This document shows, piece after piece, positions 51,281-62,143 of a DNA stretch of 64,000 bases. The first letter of the stretch is position 1. Each line of letters begins with the position of its first letter. Source of the stretch: Lepidodermella squamata (taxonomy: Eukaryota; Animalia; Gastrotricha); the NCBI GenBank assembly GCA_047495785.1, contig JBLDXI010000016.1, positions 310,001 to 374,000 on the forward strand, given 5' to 3'. The position numbers and the translations under genes were made by a program. The notes below the pieces were generated by a model that was not told where the DNA came from, made no database searches, and worked only from the letters and a program-made list of their open reading frames with translations.

Positions 51281-52367
51281 ATTTCTATCCAAAAACTTGG
51301 ATGTTATAGTCAAGGTTCAGAGGAACTAGAATGCATGAATGAATTTTGATTATTGTATGTGTTACCCAGATAGCTGGAGCGGGTAACAGCGCGCAGTACT
51401 AGCTGTAGCTCATTGGTCCCTGGAGACAGTCACTTTGCATGACGCGCCTCGTAAACCGCGAAGTGCGTCACCGAGAATACTATCGGGAAATACCGACGTT
51501 GCACGGTAACTAGCCGTTCGAGGAAGAGGGATTCACGCTATTAGGTAACTAAAGAAAGTATTTGAAATATAGCTTTAATCTTATATCTTTCGAGAAGAAC
51601 CTGGACTTATCGAGTTAACAATCGATGGATTTACGGAGTCAACGGAAGCCAGTTTACATATGGCTAGTTGGATGAATATCATCAACTTGAGAGCAATGCG
51701 TTTCTAATTTCTCCGTCTATCGGTGGAAAAATCAAAGAAAAAACAGATTGATTTGTTGATTTGACACTGAAGATAAGGGCAGTCCGTAATCGAAAGCTTG
51801 TAAACAGCTGAAAGTCTTGATCGAAATATGCCCCACCAAATGACAATTTATTTATTTTTAGAGACTATGAAGGCGTAAGCAACAATGCTAACACGTCAAC
51901 AGCTGATCTTGTGGCTGAACGCGCGCCGATTTATTACAAATTTATTGATTCCGTGAGTACCTTGCTAATGAAAAAAGTGATCAAGTTAGCAGCTGTTAAC
52001 GTCAGCACTAGAAAATCAATAAAAACTAAGCGACAAGATGCTTATTTTTAGATTGAGGCGAGGCATCAGACACATTAATAGGTTATTTAAAATGTAAAGG
52101 ATCCACATCTTATCATCGGAAAAATAATGGATGTCGTCGAACTCCCGCTATTCAAATAATCATTTTTTATTTTCCGGAAACACGAAGCTATCGCCCTAAG
52201 AGTCTCGGCCCACCCGAAGGAAACTATACCGCGCAAACGCGGCTGGTGCACGACGTTCCTTTGTTATAGGATACAGTACAGCAAAATTTAACACATGGAG
52301 AATGATTGCTATAGAAATGTTTACGGACACAATGCAGTTTTGATAGAGCAAAATGGCTATAGAAACG

Positions 52368-53570
52368 TCATTCAAGCATTTTACGGAATAGAGCACCGTC
52401 AATGATGCCGGAGCAGGCCAACACAGCAACTGCCGCGGCCAAGTCCATCAGGTCGATTACAGTAAAGCAATGGGAGGCTACGCGTATCACCAGCTGTTTA
52501 GAATGCCTGTGTTTTGCAAATCGAAGCGTGACCAGCGTGTAAAGCGTGACAATCACTCCGATGGCGATTTTCACTTCAATCAAGATGACGAGGTAAATGG
52601 GCTCGGATGATTGCGGAATCGCTTCGAAAATCATTCCGAGGATGACGAAAAATGCAAGCAGGACTGTGATGTTGTAAACAGGGCGGTCTGGCATGCTAGC
52701 AGGCATGATTAGGCTTAGAATTTGAAGCACGCCTAGGATGTAGCAGGGCGCAATGACTTGTTGAATGATGAAACCCGGCTTGCGTTCAAACGATAAGTGA
52801 ATAGAGGACTGAGTTTTTCCCCACGAATAATTGTAATTTTTGAACGTCCAAACTTTACTGACATCCTCGCCCTGTAAGAAATCGAAAGAGGCTGAAACGC
52901 CAAGGAAAGTAGCTCCTTCTATCTGGACAACTAAAGAACATTCAAAGGTATCAAATGGGAATTTCCATATTCCTGAGTTCTCCGAGCAGAGCGATTCCAG
53001 CTTGGCATAGGTAAGCCAGGCTGATTTGCCCTCAAACGGTAGAATAGAAACCTTTGATTGCACTATTGACCTGATGAAATATTTGAAGCAACGGGTGTAA
53101 ATAGCAAAAATAATTGCTTACTCCATTATTACTTCTGGGTTCGATACAGCATTGGCGTGGTAAACAGTAGGGCTCCAAACTTCGTCCAGCGTTGTTTTGA
53201 ACAGGAATCTTGAATCTTCCAGTGACTGGTTGTCTGTGATATTGAGAGCTGCTACCTTGAGGCGGAGAGCCTCGAAATCACACGGCCAATCCCAAGTAAC
53301 AAGAAACTTCGATAGAGCAGTCATGTGAAGTTCTGTTTCGCAGATTTCGACTGGTTTTAGCACGGTCACAGCTAATTCTATAGGAACAGCCAGCTTGTTA
53401 CCTCCATGGATGAAGTGGTTCGGAAGCCACTTGTAGTAAGCAAACGGGCACGATTCTTGGAATATTTTCCGAATAGCCTCGACTTCATCGAATTCCAGTT
53501 GCGCGTTTCCCACCTTAGACGACAGCCCGATTGCTATAAAAGCAATGAGGAAAGTTCGTGTCGAAAACAT
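52368..53570 (-). CDS. Divergent Cys-loop channel subunit (fourth family member); 2 exons
   Basis: Signal peptide, VWSP, CSENSGIWKFPFDTFEC, PDRP pre-M2 motif and four TM helices. Confidence 0.85.
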
Positions 53571-54883
53571 TCTTCTCTCGATATCCGGTGTAGCAACTGT
53601 GTGTAGGCTTGCCGGTCTGATATTATTATCTTTGAAGCTTTACCGTTTGAAAACTCACCTAAAAGTGTAGTTTGAGTGCCATATTGCCCGGATTGGAATT
53701 TGTTGAACCTCAAAGTAAGAAGCTCATGAAATTCTGCTATAGTGATCAGTAGAGGATCGAAAAACTTTCTGTGCGTAATTGAAGGCTTGTAAACAGCTGC
53801 AAATCTCGATCGGATTAATCCGCCAATCGCAAAATCAGATAACTTCGAATTGAAAGCTGGATAAGATGTGCAAGCAAAAGTTGTCGCAGTTGAAATGAAC
53901 CAGGAGAATAACCAACTGTTCTGTTGTTCGACCTGTAAAATTTGCTCAGCGGATATGAAAAATCTCAGAACCGGTTCTCCATCTGATCTAAATATCGACA
54001 GCCTCGAGGCCTGCTTGTTCGACGTGAATACTTTCGAGTTGAACATTTTTCACAGCTAGGGTTCATCTGTTTTATTTAGTCCATCACAGCCTTGTCATCA
54101 CATTGCTTTTCCGTTTCTCATACGCTTTCAAAACATCCTCAAGGTAAGTGTGTTTTTTGCTTTTGTTATTCATTACTTGTTGATGCCGCTTATCCGGGTT
54201 TTTAGTCGTCTGAGAAGTTGGTGGACGAGGAGAGCTTTTCTTCTTCGTGAGTGGATTTTTACCATCAAGGCCAATGCCACTGCAACGGCTTTCATGGTAA
54301 TACCCCAAAATACAGTTCGCACGAAAATGACGTTGAATAAAATTAAGGTATTAAAATGTGAACGAACAGCTCACATCCACCACCAAGAATTTTCTCGAAA
54401 TGCATGACCAACCCGGCGGAATGCGGCATACTATCCATGTGTGGACTTTGGAATAATGAGATGAGCAAACAAGCCAGAGCTTCGACTTTTGACATGAAAG
54501 GTATAGAAAAGAAAGAATGAAGGATAAACGGCACACTCGTCTCTCACAATGGTGGCTTTCCCTTTTGAGATCATTCCTGAGAAAAAAGGAAAGTTATAAT
54601 TGTATAATATCGATTTCTTTATTACGCGGTTTTCTCATGCGCTGATAATGAGAAATAATATGGATCATTGGTCAGCCCATTTCTCAGTCCGCGGGGCAGA
54701 AAATGCGCAAACAAAAAGCAGAGATTTACTGATAATCAATTCGCGAAATAATTGAAGTTCGGTAATTGAATCTTTTGTGGGCTAAAAAGAGGCCTTAAAG
54801 GGACTTGGTCCAGCAGCAGATCGTATCTAATATATTTTCATATTATCATTTTACCCATTCATTTGAGATCTCGCTTTCTAAAA

Positions 54884-55204
54884 ATGCTCAAGTGTTATTT
54901 GATCGTCTACATTCTATTTCTTATCGCCTCCACCGTCGCACCTGGCTACCTTAATAATATTCACTACGTATACCCAGAATACACCGCCGAAGACAACAGC
55001 AGAACGCCATCACAACAGCTATCCGCGCCGGATACTTTTTTCCGCACGCGCATGGGCAGCAGGTATTTAAAGGCCTCCCCTGACAAAGCGGAGCGGCTAC
55101 AACAGCGACGCCTCAAGATTATGCGCTGTAATCGTCTTTACAGGCAAGTCGAGCAGAACAGATTGTCACTGGATCGTTTCTTGCTTACATGCTCCCATGT
55201 ATGA
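54884..55204 (+). CDS. Prepropeptide-like secreted precursor, copy 2
   Basis: Signal peptide, GYLNNIHY..PEY, RTRM..RY, then RR and LKIMRCNRLYRQVEQNRLSLDRFLLTCSHV. AATAAA downstream. Confidence 0.7.
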   Translation: MLKCYLIVYILFLIASTVAPGYLNNIHYVYPEYTAEDNSRTPSQQLSAPDTFFRTRMGSRYLKASPDKAERLQQRRLKIMRCNRLYRQVEQNRLSLDRFLLTCSHV

Positions 55205-56075
55205 TCGATCAGCTGATTTTGTTTTGATAAAAATAAAGACGTTGACGCTTTGCATTCGAACTTATCTACCGAGCCTAACGATTGCAAGCTTGACGGATTT
55301 CGCTCGTTGACCTAAGAACTAGTCGTTACCACCAATTAAAGTCAACCTAGAATTTAAATTCCATTCAATGAACAGCGCCGTAGTGCAGCATCACGTGAAC
55401 TTTTCTATTTTGTAAACATTTTGTTAGTTTACAAAACCACGAGTTAAACGCTTTTATCGAATTTTAAGGCTTGAAATCAGCGACGCTGGCTAGTTTCTTT
55501 CGCAAAATGCCGAAGTCTTGTTACCCTATTTTAAACGCTGAATAATTTCACCCCTGCATCCGCTGCTGCAGTACCTAATAATCGATGCCACGATTGCTCA
55601 AACAGGAAATCCGTTAGACAACCTCTGACACTGTCAACTTGTTTGGACATGGCTATGTGAACACATGATTCTGAATCTCCCAATGGCTATGCGTGCACAG
55701 CGTGTGTGCGTGATTGGCTACTGGAACTTAGCGCGCTCAAATTTGGCTGTGTTTCACGCACAATTTGTACGAATATAGCAATTGGGCAATAAACGTTTCC
55801 TGTTTTCACAAAACACATCCAAATTTTTCCTTCACTTTATTCTGATAATCAAACTGAAGACAAGTATAGGAAGGAGTGAAGAGAATTCTCTGCGAACTCG
55901 ACAGCAAAATCGCATTGAACCACGATCAACCATAAAGGAGCAAAGTTGATGTTTATCTTTGTTCCTTTGAACCCTAATGATTATGAAATAATGCTTGTCA
56001 CTTCTGAAGGTGAAGATATTATTTCCGCTTTTGAGAACGGGGAAGATGAAGGGGAAAATGTCAGGGTTAAATATT

Positions 56076-56326
56076 TACCGTATTTTACGAATTATTAGGC
56101 AGGACCCAATTATAGGGCAGAACCGGAATAAAGGGCAAAGGTTAATGGTCATTTGAAATAATAAAGGGCACAACCGTATTAATAGGCAGGGCCTTGTATG
56201 AAGTGGCTTAACCGAAAAATTAAAGGGCAGAACCGAAATAAAGGGCAGACCCTAAATACTAGGCAGGACTTGAACCTCGTTTGAAAAAAATACAGGGCAG
56301 GGTCTTATAATTCGTAAAATACGGTA
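56076..56326. mobile_element. MITE (pogo/Tc1-like; TA-CCGTATTTT termini) with internal AGGGCA repeats
   Basis: Perfect 20-bp inverted ends TACCGTATTTTACGAATTAT and ATAATTCGTAAAATACGGTA, with multiple internal A(G)GGCA units. Confidence 0.85.
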
Positions 56327-56900
56327 TATAAAAACATACAAAATGCATAACCCTATTATTCTTCGTCCCAATGGAACCCTGCTTCGGTTTCTGCCTTAAG
56401 TACAGTTCAATGAGAATATAATTTTGGTTTTTCATTATTCATGTTTTTGATTAAGGCCAACACTCGATTGAATATGTAGCTTTATCGCATCAAAGGCAGT
56501 TTCAAAGATGAGGGTACGCGCAGTAAAAAAAGCATTTCCGGCTTCTCAGTACCTTGATGGTGGGCTAGATCCGGCAACCAAGCTGAGAAGGATTTTTCCT
56601 TTCGTCCACGCACTTCGTGTCCAATCAAGCTGAGACCTACGAAGATATCAGATGAAAAGGAAAAAATAATCACATACTCGAATCAAAACCTTGCGAGAAG
56701 AAGAAGACCCAACGACGAGTAACGCGTGTACTTGTTAAGTAAAAATCGCATATCACATCCGAAGTGAGAGTTTCCGAAAGAGTGAACAGTTTCCGAGTTG
56801 AATGTCGGGTAATGAGCATCCTGAAAGCAGGCTTTGAAGGTGTCAAGTTCTGGCGATCCCTGCGCTCTAAGACAGATCAGTCAAAATAGGAATTACTAGA

Positions 56901-59234
56901 ATGAAATCTCTCCATATAATTATACTTCTGTCATCGTTTTCTGCCACAGTAACGGAGGCGCGTAAGCCATATCGCTTGCGAACTCTCTTTCACCTCCCCA
57001 TATGGAGAAACGTCGGAGATTACCGCAACTGTCGATGGGCTATTCAGTCGGCGTACGATTTCGCGAACAATCGAAGCGACATCTTACCCGACTACCACCT
57101 TGAATTCGACTATCGTGACGAAGGACCACAGAGCGTTGCTGTACCCTCTACCAGCATCTACTACATTCGTCAAATTCTCGATTCCGAAGACCCGGGTCTC
57201 ATCATGGCTCCGCTTACTATCGGCGTTCAATTCACGCCGGGTTGTAAAAGTTGGGGTAAAGTTGCGTCTCATATGAACATGGTCATAATATCGTCCGCCT
57301 GCATTTCACCAGCCATTGTTGACCGTCGAGATATCTATCCTAACCTTTGGCGAATCAAATCAAGTGCTCAACTGACTATGATGGCACGTTTGAGCTTCAT
57401 ATTGAAAGCCACGCCGTGGAAGAAGGTGGCAATCGTGTTCCCAGCAGTTGAGAGCTCGTTCGGCTTCGAGGCAGCTACCTATTCGATGTCGATCAACAAT
57501 CGATTCGGCCTTGCGATTCAAACTATCGAAGCTAGTTCTGATTTCAACGACGACTTTATGCAGACCTTCATTCAAAAAGATATTCGAATTTTCTCTTTGG
57601 AAAATGGCGACTCCATAGTTATGATTCAATTCCTCTGCCAAGCCTATTTCAATGGAATTAGGGGGGATAAATACATATTTCTAGCGCTGTCATCAGCTTA
57701 CTCAGACCCTAAAACTGCTCCGCCGTCTTATTACCCGACAAATTGCAATTCGTCAGTTTACAGAGAGCAACTTACCAGGGTTCTGTATGTTGGTGCCCTC
57801 TCTACATTCTCGAATGATGGCAAATCCAAGGATTATCTCGGCAACACAATGTCAGAGTTTGATAGTTATCTTAGGACAACTTACCCAGTTGACTTACGTC
57901 TGCCGGATTACTCAGCGAGGTACGCTTGTTACGATTTAGCTCTTCACTCAATTGTCGTTCTGAATGATTCTGAAAGCCAGCTTAAAAAGCTGAATTTGTC
58001 AATGAAGAATTATCGTGTAGATCCAAGGAAAGTCATGTTAGCAGTTAACAATAGTGTTGGAGGGGTCAGGTACAGAAATCAACAAAACGGTTTCTTCCAC
58101 TACTCATCAAGAATGGAAATGGACTACGAAGCTCAATTGGTCTCCACTTGGTCGCCGGTAGGCATGAAAGCAAGGTATAGAATTCAGCTGGACGATAATG
58201 CAACTTCAAGCAATGATACAGCTTCATTCAGAATTCAGGAAATTTCAGCCTTCGAGCCTGGATTTTTACCGAAAGACTCGGCGTTGGAAGATTTTGTGGA
58301 TATTGGGGTTCCAATTGGAGCTTTCGGATTTCTAACTTTTACAGCTCTCATCATGCTTCTTATTCAAATCGGTGGTATTACTTGGGTGATTGTGAATGAA
58401 GGGAAGACTGATGGTAAACGGTTGGAGGATATCCTGATGATTGCCAGTTGTTCTTTCTTAGCTGGAGGGTCCGTTTTAGTGATGGCACCAACCATAATTA
58501 GAAATGACGCCATCTGCGAAGCTTCTATACTAACTATCGCGCTAGGTCTCTCGTTGTTGTACAGCACGTTAGTTTTCCGGCTTCGGACAGCTTTTAACAT
58601 TCTACGCCAAAATGAATCACGTCAAGCAAGATATCGCAAGAATGATGCTAAGGACGAAGCTTCATATTTCATTCGGACAGTTTTCTTTCTGTTCTTAAAC
58701 CTGTCCGTTGCTATTGCATGGGCGACAGCTGATCCTTTCGTAGCTGTAGTAGTTGAGCCGGACAAGTCGAGATATTACGATGTGGAAGCTGACACTTATA
58801 TCACGAACCACTCAGTCGCATGCTCTTCAAGTTCGACTGGACATTGGCTGATAGCGCTATTGTCCTTGGACGCATTGGTTCTCGCAAATGGGGCGATCTA
58901 TGTTGTGAAACTGAAAGGAAGTCCGTATCTGCCCTTCTATCCCTTCGTGAAGCGATTAGCTGTCACTGTTGTAGCTTCTTCGACGTTGTTTCTAGCGACT
59001 GTTGCTGTTGTCGCCATGCTGAAATCGGGCAGCGGTAGAGATGTGACAATGTGTGTGGCTTTGCAGATACAATCTGCTTTGGTTACCGCTTTGCTTTATG
59101 TTAAAGTTGGAAAGGGCGTCGATATTGCTGGCGAAGCTCTCCCCAGAATTCCAACGACTAAAAGCCATATGCGGAGTAGATTCACATCCGTCGGACAACA
59201 GGGTGTCGGAACCAGGTTTTACAGCCGTGGATGA
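56901..59234 (+). CDS. Class C GPCR, GABA-B-receptor-like (Venus flytrap plus 7TM, no Cys-rich domain); intronless
   Basis: Signal peptide, N.R.DILPDY.L, R..YPNL.R, WKKVAI, LCQAY..G..G.KY and YD motifs, W...DP, and seven TM segments. Confidence 0.85.
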   Translation: MKSLHIIILLSSFSATVTEARKPYRLRTLFHLPIWRNVGDYRNCRWAIQSAYDFANNRSDILPDYHLEFDYRDEGPQSVAVPSTSIYYIRQILDSEDPGLIMAPLTIGVQFTPGCKSWGKVASHMNMVIISSACISPAIVDRRDIYPNLWRIKSSAQLTMMARLSFILKATPWKKVAIVFPAVESSFGFEAATYSMSINNRFGLAIQTIEASSDFNDDFMQTFIQKDIRIFSLENGDSIVMIQFLCQAYFNGIRGDKYIFLALSSAYSDPKTAPPSYYPTNCNSSVYREQLTRVLYVGALSTFSNDGKSKDYLGNTMSEFDSYLRTTYPVDLRLPDYSARYACYDLALHSIVVLNDSESQLKKLNLSMKNYRVDPRKVMLAVNNSVGGVRYRNQQNGFFHYSSRMEMDYEAQLVSTWSPVGMKARYRIQLDDNATSSNDTASFRIQEISAFEPGFLPKDSALEDFVDIGVPIGAFGFLTFTALIMLLIQIGGITWVIVNEGKTDGKRLEDILMIASCSFLAGGSVLVMAPTIIRNDAICEASILTIALGLSLLYSTLVFRLRTAFNILRQNESRQARYRKNDAKDEASYFIRTVFFLFLNLSVAIAWATADPFVAVVVEPDKSRYYDVEADTYITNHSVACSSSSTGHWLIALLSLDALVLANGAIYVVKLKGSPYLPFYPFVKRLAVTVVASSTLFLATVAVVAMLKSGSGRDVTMCVALQIQSALVTALLYVKVGKGVDIAGEALPRIPTTKSHMRSRFTSVGQQGVGTRFYSRG

Positions 59235-59589
59235 AGACGGATCTATCAGAATGAAAGATTCTATAAATTCGATTTACTGTAATGTTCAGCTTGACTCGTC
59301 GAAATCCCCAGTGCGTAGTTGCTCCTTCATACATTCCCGGTCATCGCCATATATATGTGCATACTTCTAAAGAAATAATACAAATGTAAGATTGCGTGTT
59401 ATATTGACATGTAGTCTGTAGTTGGTGCGTCCTATTGTCGCGTCTCAGTTTAGGAATATTAATTTCATGATTAATTTCATGACTTTTTATGAACTTTGCA
59501 GAAAACAGTCAATAAACGCCGCAGTTTGCCCGGAAAATTAACAAAATTGATGCACGAGATTTTTTACAGGCCTGGGAAACATGCAGAAC

Positions 59590-59793
59590 CAGTGTGCGAC
59601 TTTCAGGGGGGGAAGGGGGGGGGGGGATCATTCCCCCCAGCTCGGCCAGGCCAACAAAACGAGAATTTATCCCACTATTGTGTTAATTTTGGAATGTTCT
59701 GGGGCGTGTTTTTGTGGAATATCTCCAAACTTTTCTCGCCTCGCTCGGTTATTAGCCCAAATGACTCGTCATTTTGGTAAAAACAGCAAATAC
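59590..59793. mobile_element. Dispersed repeat or non-autonomous DNA element (copy B)
   Basis: Same orientation as, and clear similarity to, 5026-5205. Confidence 0.65.
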
Positions 59794-60373
59794 CGATGCA
59801 AAAGATAGTGAGATAGTGAATTCGTTAAGCTGCTGAATAAAGCTCAGGAACCATATCTGGTTTCATTGCGGCCTCTCGAAATGTCTCTCAAAACGACATT
59901 TGTTAGTTTTCCCTTAATTGCGATCGATAAAGCCGTGAAAACAAGCCGTGTATTGTCTGCGATTCGTAAAACAGTGAATTGTATCTAACGCTCGTGAACC
60001 AAAACTGTGTCATTCTCCAGACCGTCGCCGCAGTTTTTTGCATTAAAAAATAAAATCGAAATAAAATTATCAATTTCTAATGAAAAATAAACGTTATTAA
60101 TAAAAAGATGTAAATTTTCAAAATTGCAAGGTCATTTGGTTTTGCCGGCTGGCGATCTCTACGGAGACGTTTAGGATTCAGCGGCCGATCTGGCGTTGAG
60201 TTGCTGACCTGTTCGAGACACTCATTGACCAGCAGTTTAGCAACTTTGAAGTGAGGAGACGCGTTTTTCTCCGCAACATTAGTTTTACAATTAGAGTACA
60301 CAGCCTGACGAACGGCTCGCAGGCAAAGTTTTCAATGACTTATGTTTTTTAGGGTTTCGTGATGTTAATAAAC

Positions 60374-62013
60374 ATGAATGCTCCATACTGTTGCCATCGA
60401 AGTTGTCAAGTTCGTGGAAAAGGATTGCACAGAGTCAAACTTCCAAAGAATGAAAGCGAAGCTGCTGAATGGTTGAAATATCTTAAGTGTGTTGCTATGA
60501 TTTTTGAGTGACCGTGATTAATTTTTGTTTAGAATTACAGGCGTTACTCCAGAGAAGGCTCGGAAAAGGGGCTATCGCGCATGTGATGTACACTACCGAG
60601 GGCTCATGGATCTTTCCGGGGAAAAATCATTATCGCCACCGCATAAATTTAGGTATGTCTTAGATAGTGGAATTAATCGGTCCCTATTTGAATACATTTT
60701 TATATAAATTTAGAGTTCTACCTCCGGATCATTCTTATACTGTTCCCACCATTGCGACTGAGCACGCCTACTTCGTTTCATCCATGGCAACTGGAATGAC
60801 TCAGGAGGAAGCAACCGCATACCCTTGCGATCTTTTTGCAGCAATGGACTTGAATGCTGCTCATGATTCGGGGGAAACGCAACAAACGCACGAATTGAGT
60901 GAAGTTGTTTCTGAACCAATCGATGTTGATAACGTGGCAGCAACGGTGGTCCCTCTGGAGGAAGTTACGCAAGGTCAACTACAAAAAGAGGTCAGCCTTA
61001 TTGCTGGTGCTTCTTCGACAATTTATGTAGGATATAAGCCAACTCCTGTTAATCCTGATTTGCCGCGATGGTCGTTTGCTCAACAGTGTTTCGAACGAGG
61101 AGAAAAGCATTTTCTTGAAGAAATAGGAATGGTAGATTTGCAAACTTTTGATGCGCTACATGGTCTGCTTGATGATGTTAAAGATTATTTCCCATATAAA
61201 TGTTCAATTCTTCCGATTCGTGATCAATTATATCTCACTCTAGCTAAACTGAGGTTCAATCATAGAAATCACACTTTGGCTAACATGTTTGATATTTCTG
61301 AAACCGTTGCTGCGGATGTTTTTAATAGCATTATTTTGGTTCTTGACGACCTGCTAAGCCACGCCTTCTTATTACCTCCTCCGTTGGAGCAATCGACAAA
61401 TCCAAGTTTTGTGCCCAATTCCTTCAAACCTTCTCTAGAAATGACAACTTTTATAATCGATTGTACTGATTTCTTTTGCGACGAGCCCAGAAAAGATCTA
61501 AACTTGAAACAACCAATGTATAGCGCTTATCGTGGTGGCACTACGCTCAAACTACTAGTTTCAATCGCCCCTTGTGGTACTATTAATTTTGTGTCACCTT
61601 TATTTCCGGGCAGTACTAGTGATAAGAAAGTTGTCATTCACGGCGGTCTTTTGAAGCATCTTAAAGATCCCGGTCATTTTATTTTAGCCGATAAGGGTTT
61701 CTTGATTGAGGATATCTTGCCCCGACATGTCGGATGTAACATACCTCCCTTTGCTTTTTTACCTCAATTTACTTTAGATGAAATAGAACATACCAGGCAG
61801 GTTGCGCGGAACCGCGTGCATATAGAGAGAGCGATCGGGCGAATGAAATTTTATGAAATATTACAGTATTTTCATTTGAATACTTGGCCTTATGCAACAG
61901 CGATTGTCCGCGTCGTGGCATCACTTGTGAACTTGGAAAGACCCATTATAAATGAGATGAGTGATGCCTTCATGTCATTGTCAACAGCCCGTATTGTAGT
62001 CACGATGAAATAA
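60374..62013 (+). CDS. THAP plus DDE (DDE_Tnp_4, Harbinger/IS5-like) transposase of an ISL2EU-type element; 3 exons
   Basis: Spliced N-terminus MNAPYCCHRSC...LP......W...RACDVHY...VPTI forms a THAP C2CH finger. HTH region, then catalytic IIDCT, LADKGF and RVHIERAIGRMK motifs. Confidence 0.85.
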
Positions 62014-62143
62014 TCTGTCTCTTAAACACTTCGTCTTTCTCAGCTGCCGACTTTATACCCGGTACAAACAGTTTGTGCATTTTTTATACTTTTATTTGTA
62101 TGAAAATTGCTTTCATTTCAAAATATTATGTCTTTAAATACAT

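Noticed and set aside
53600-54540. Several ORFs between the fourth channel gene and peptide gene 2
   Set aside because: No recognisable motifs or consistent splice model. May be decayed coding or TE sequence.
56095-56300. Regularly spaced AGGGCA repeats resembling a CRISPR-like array
   Set aside because: The units are too short, lie inside MITE TIRs, have no cas genes nearby, and the context is eukaryotic.
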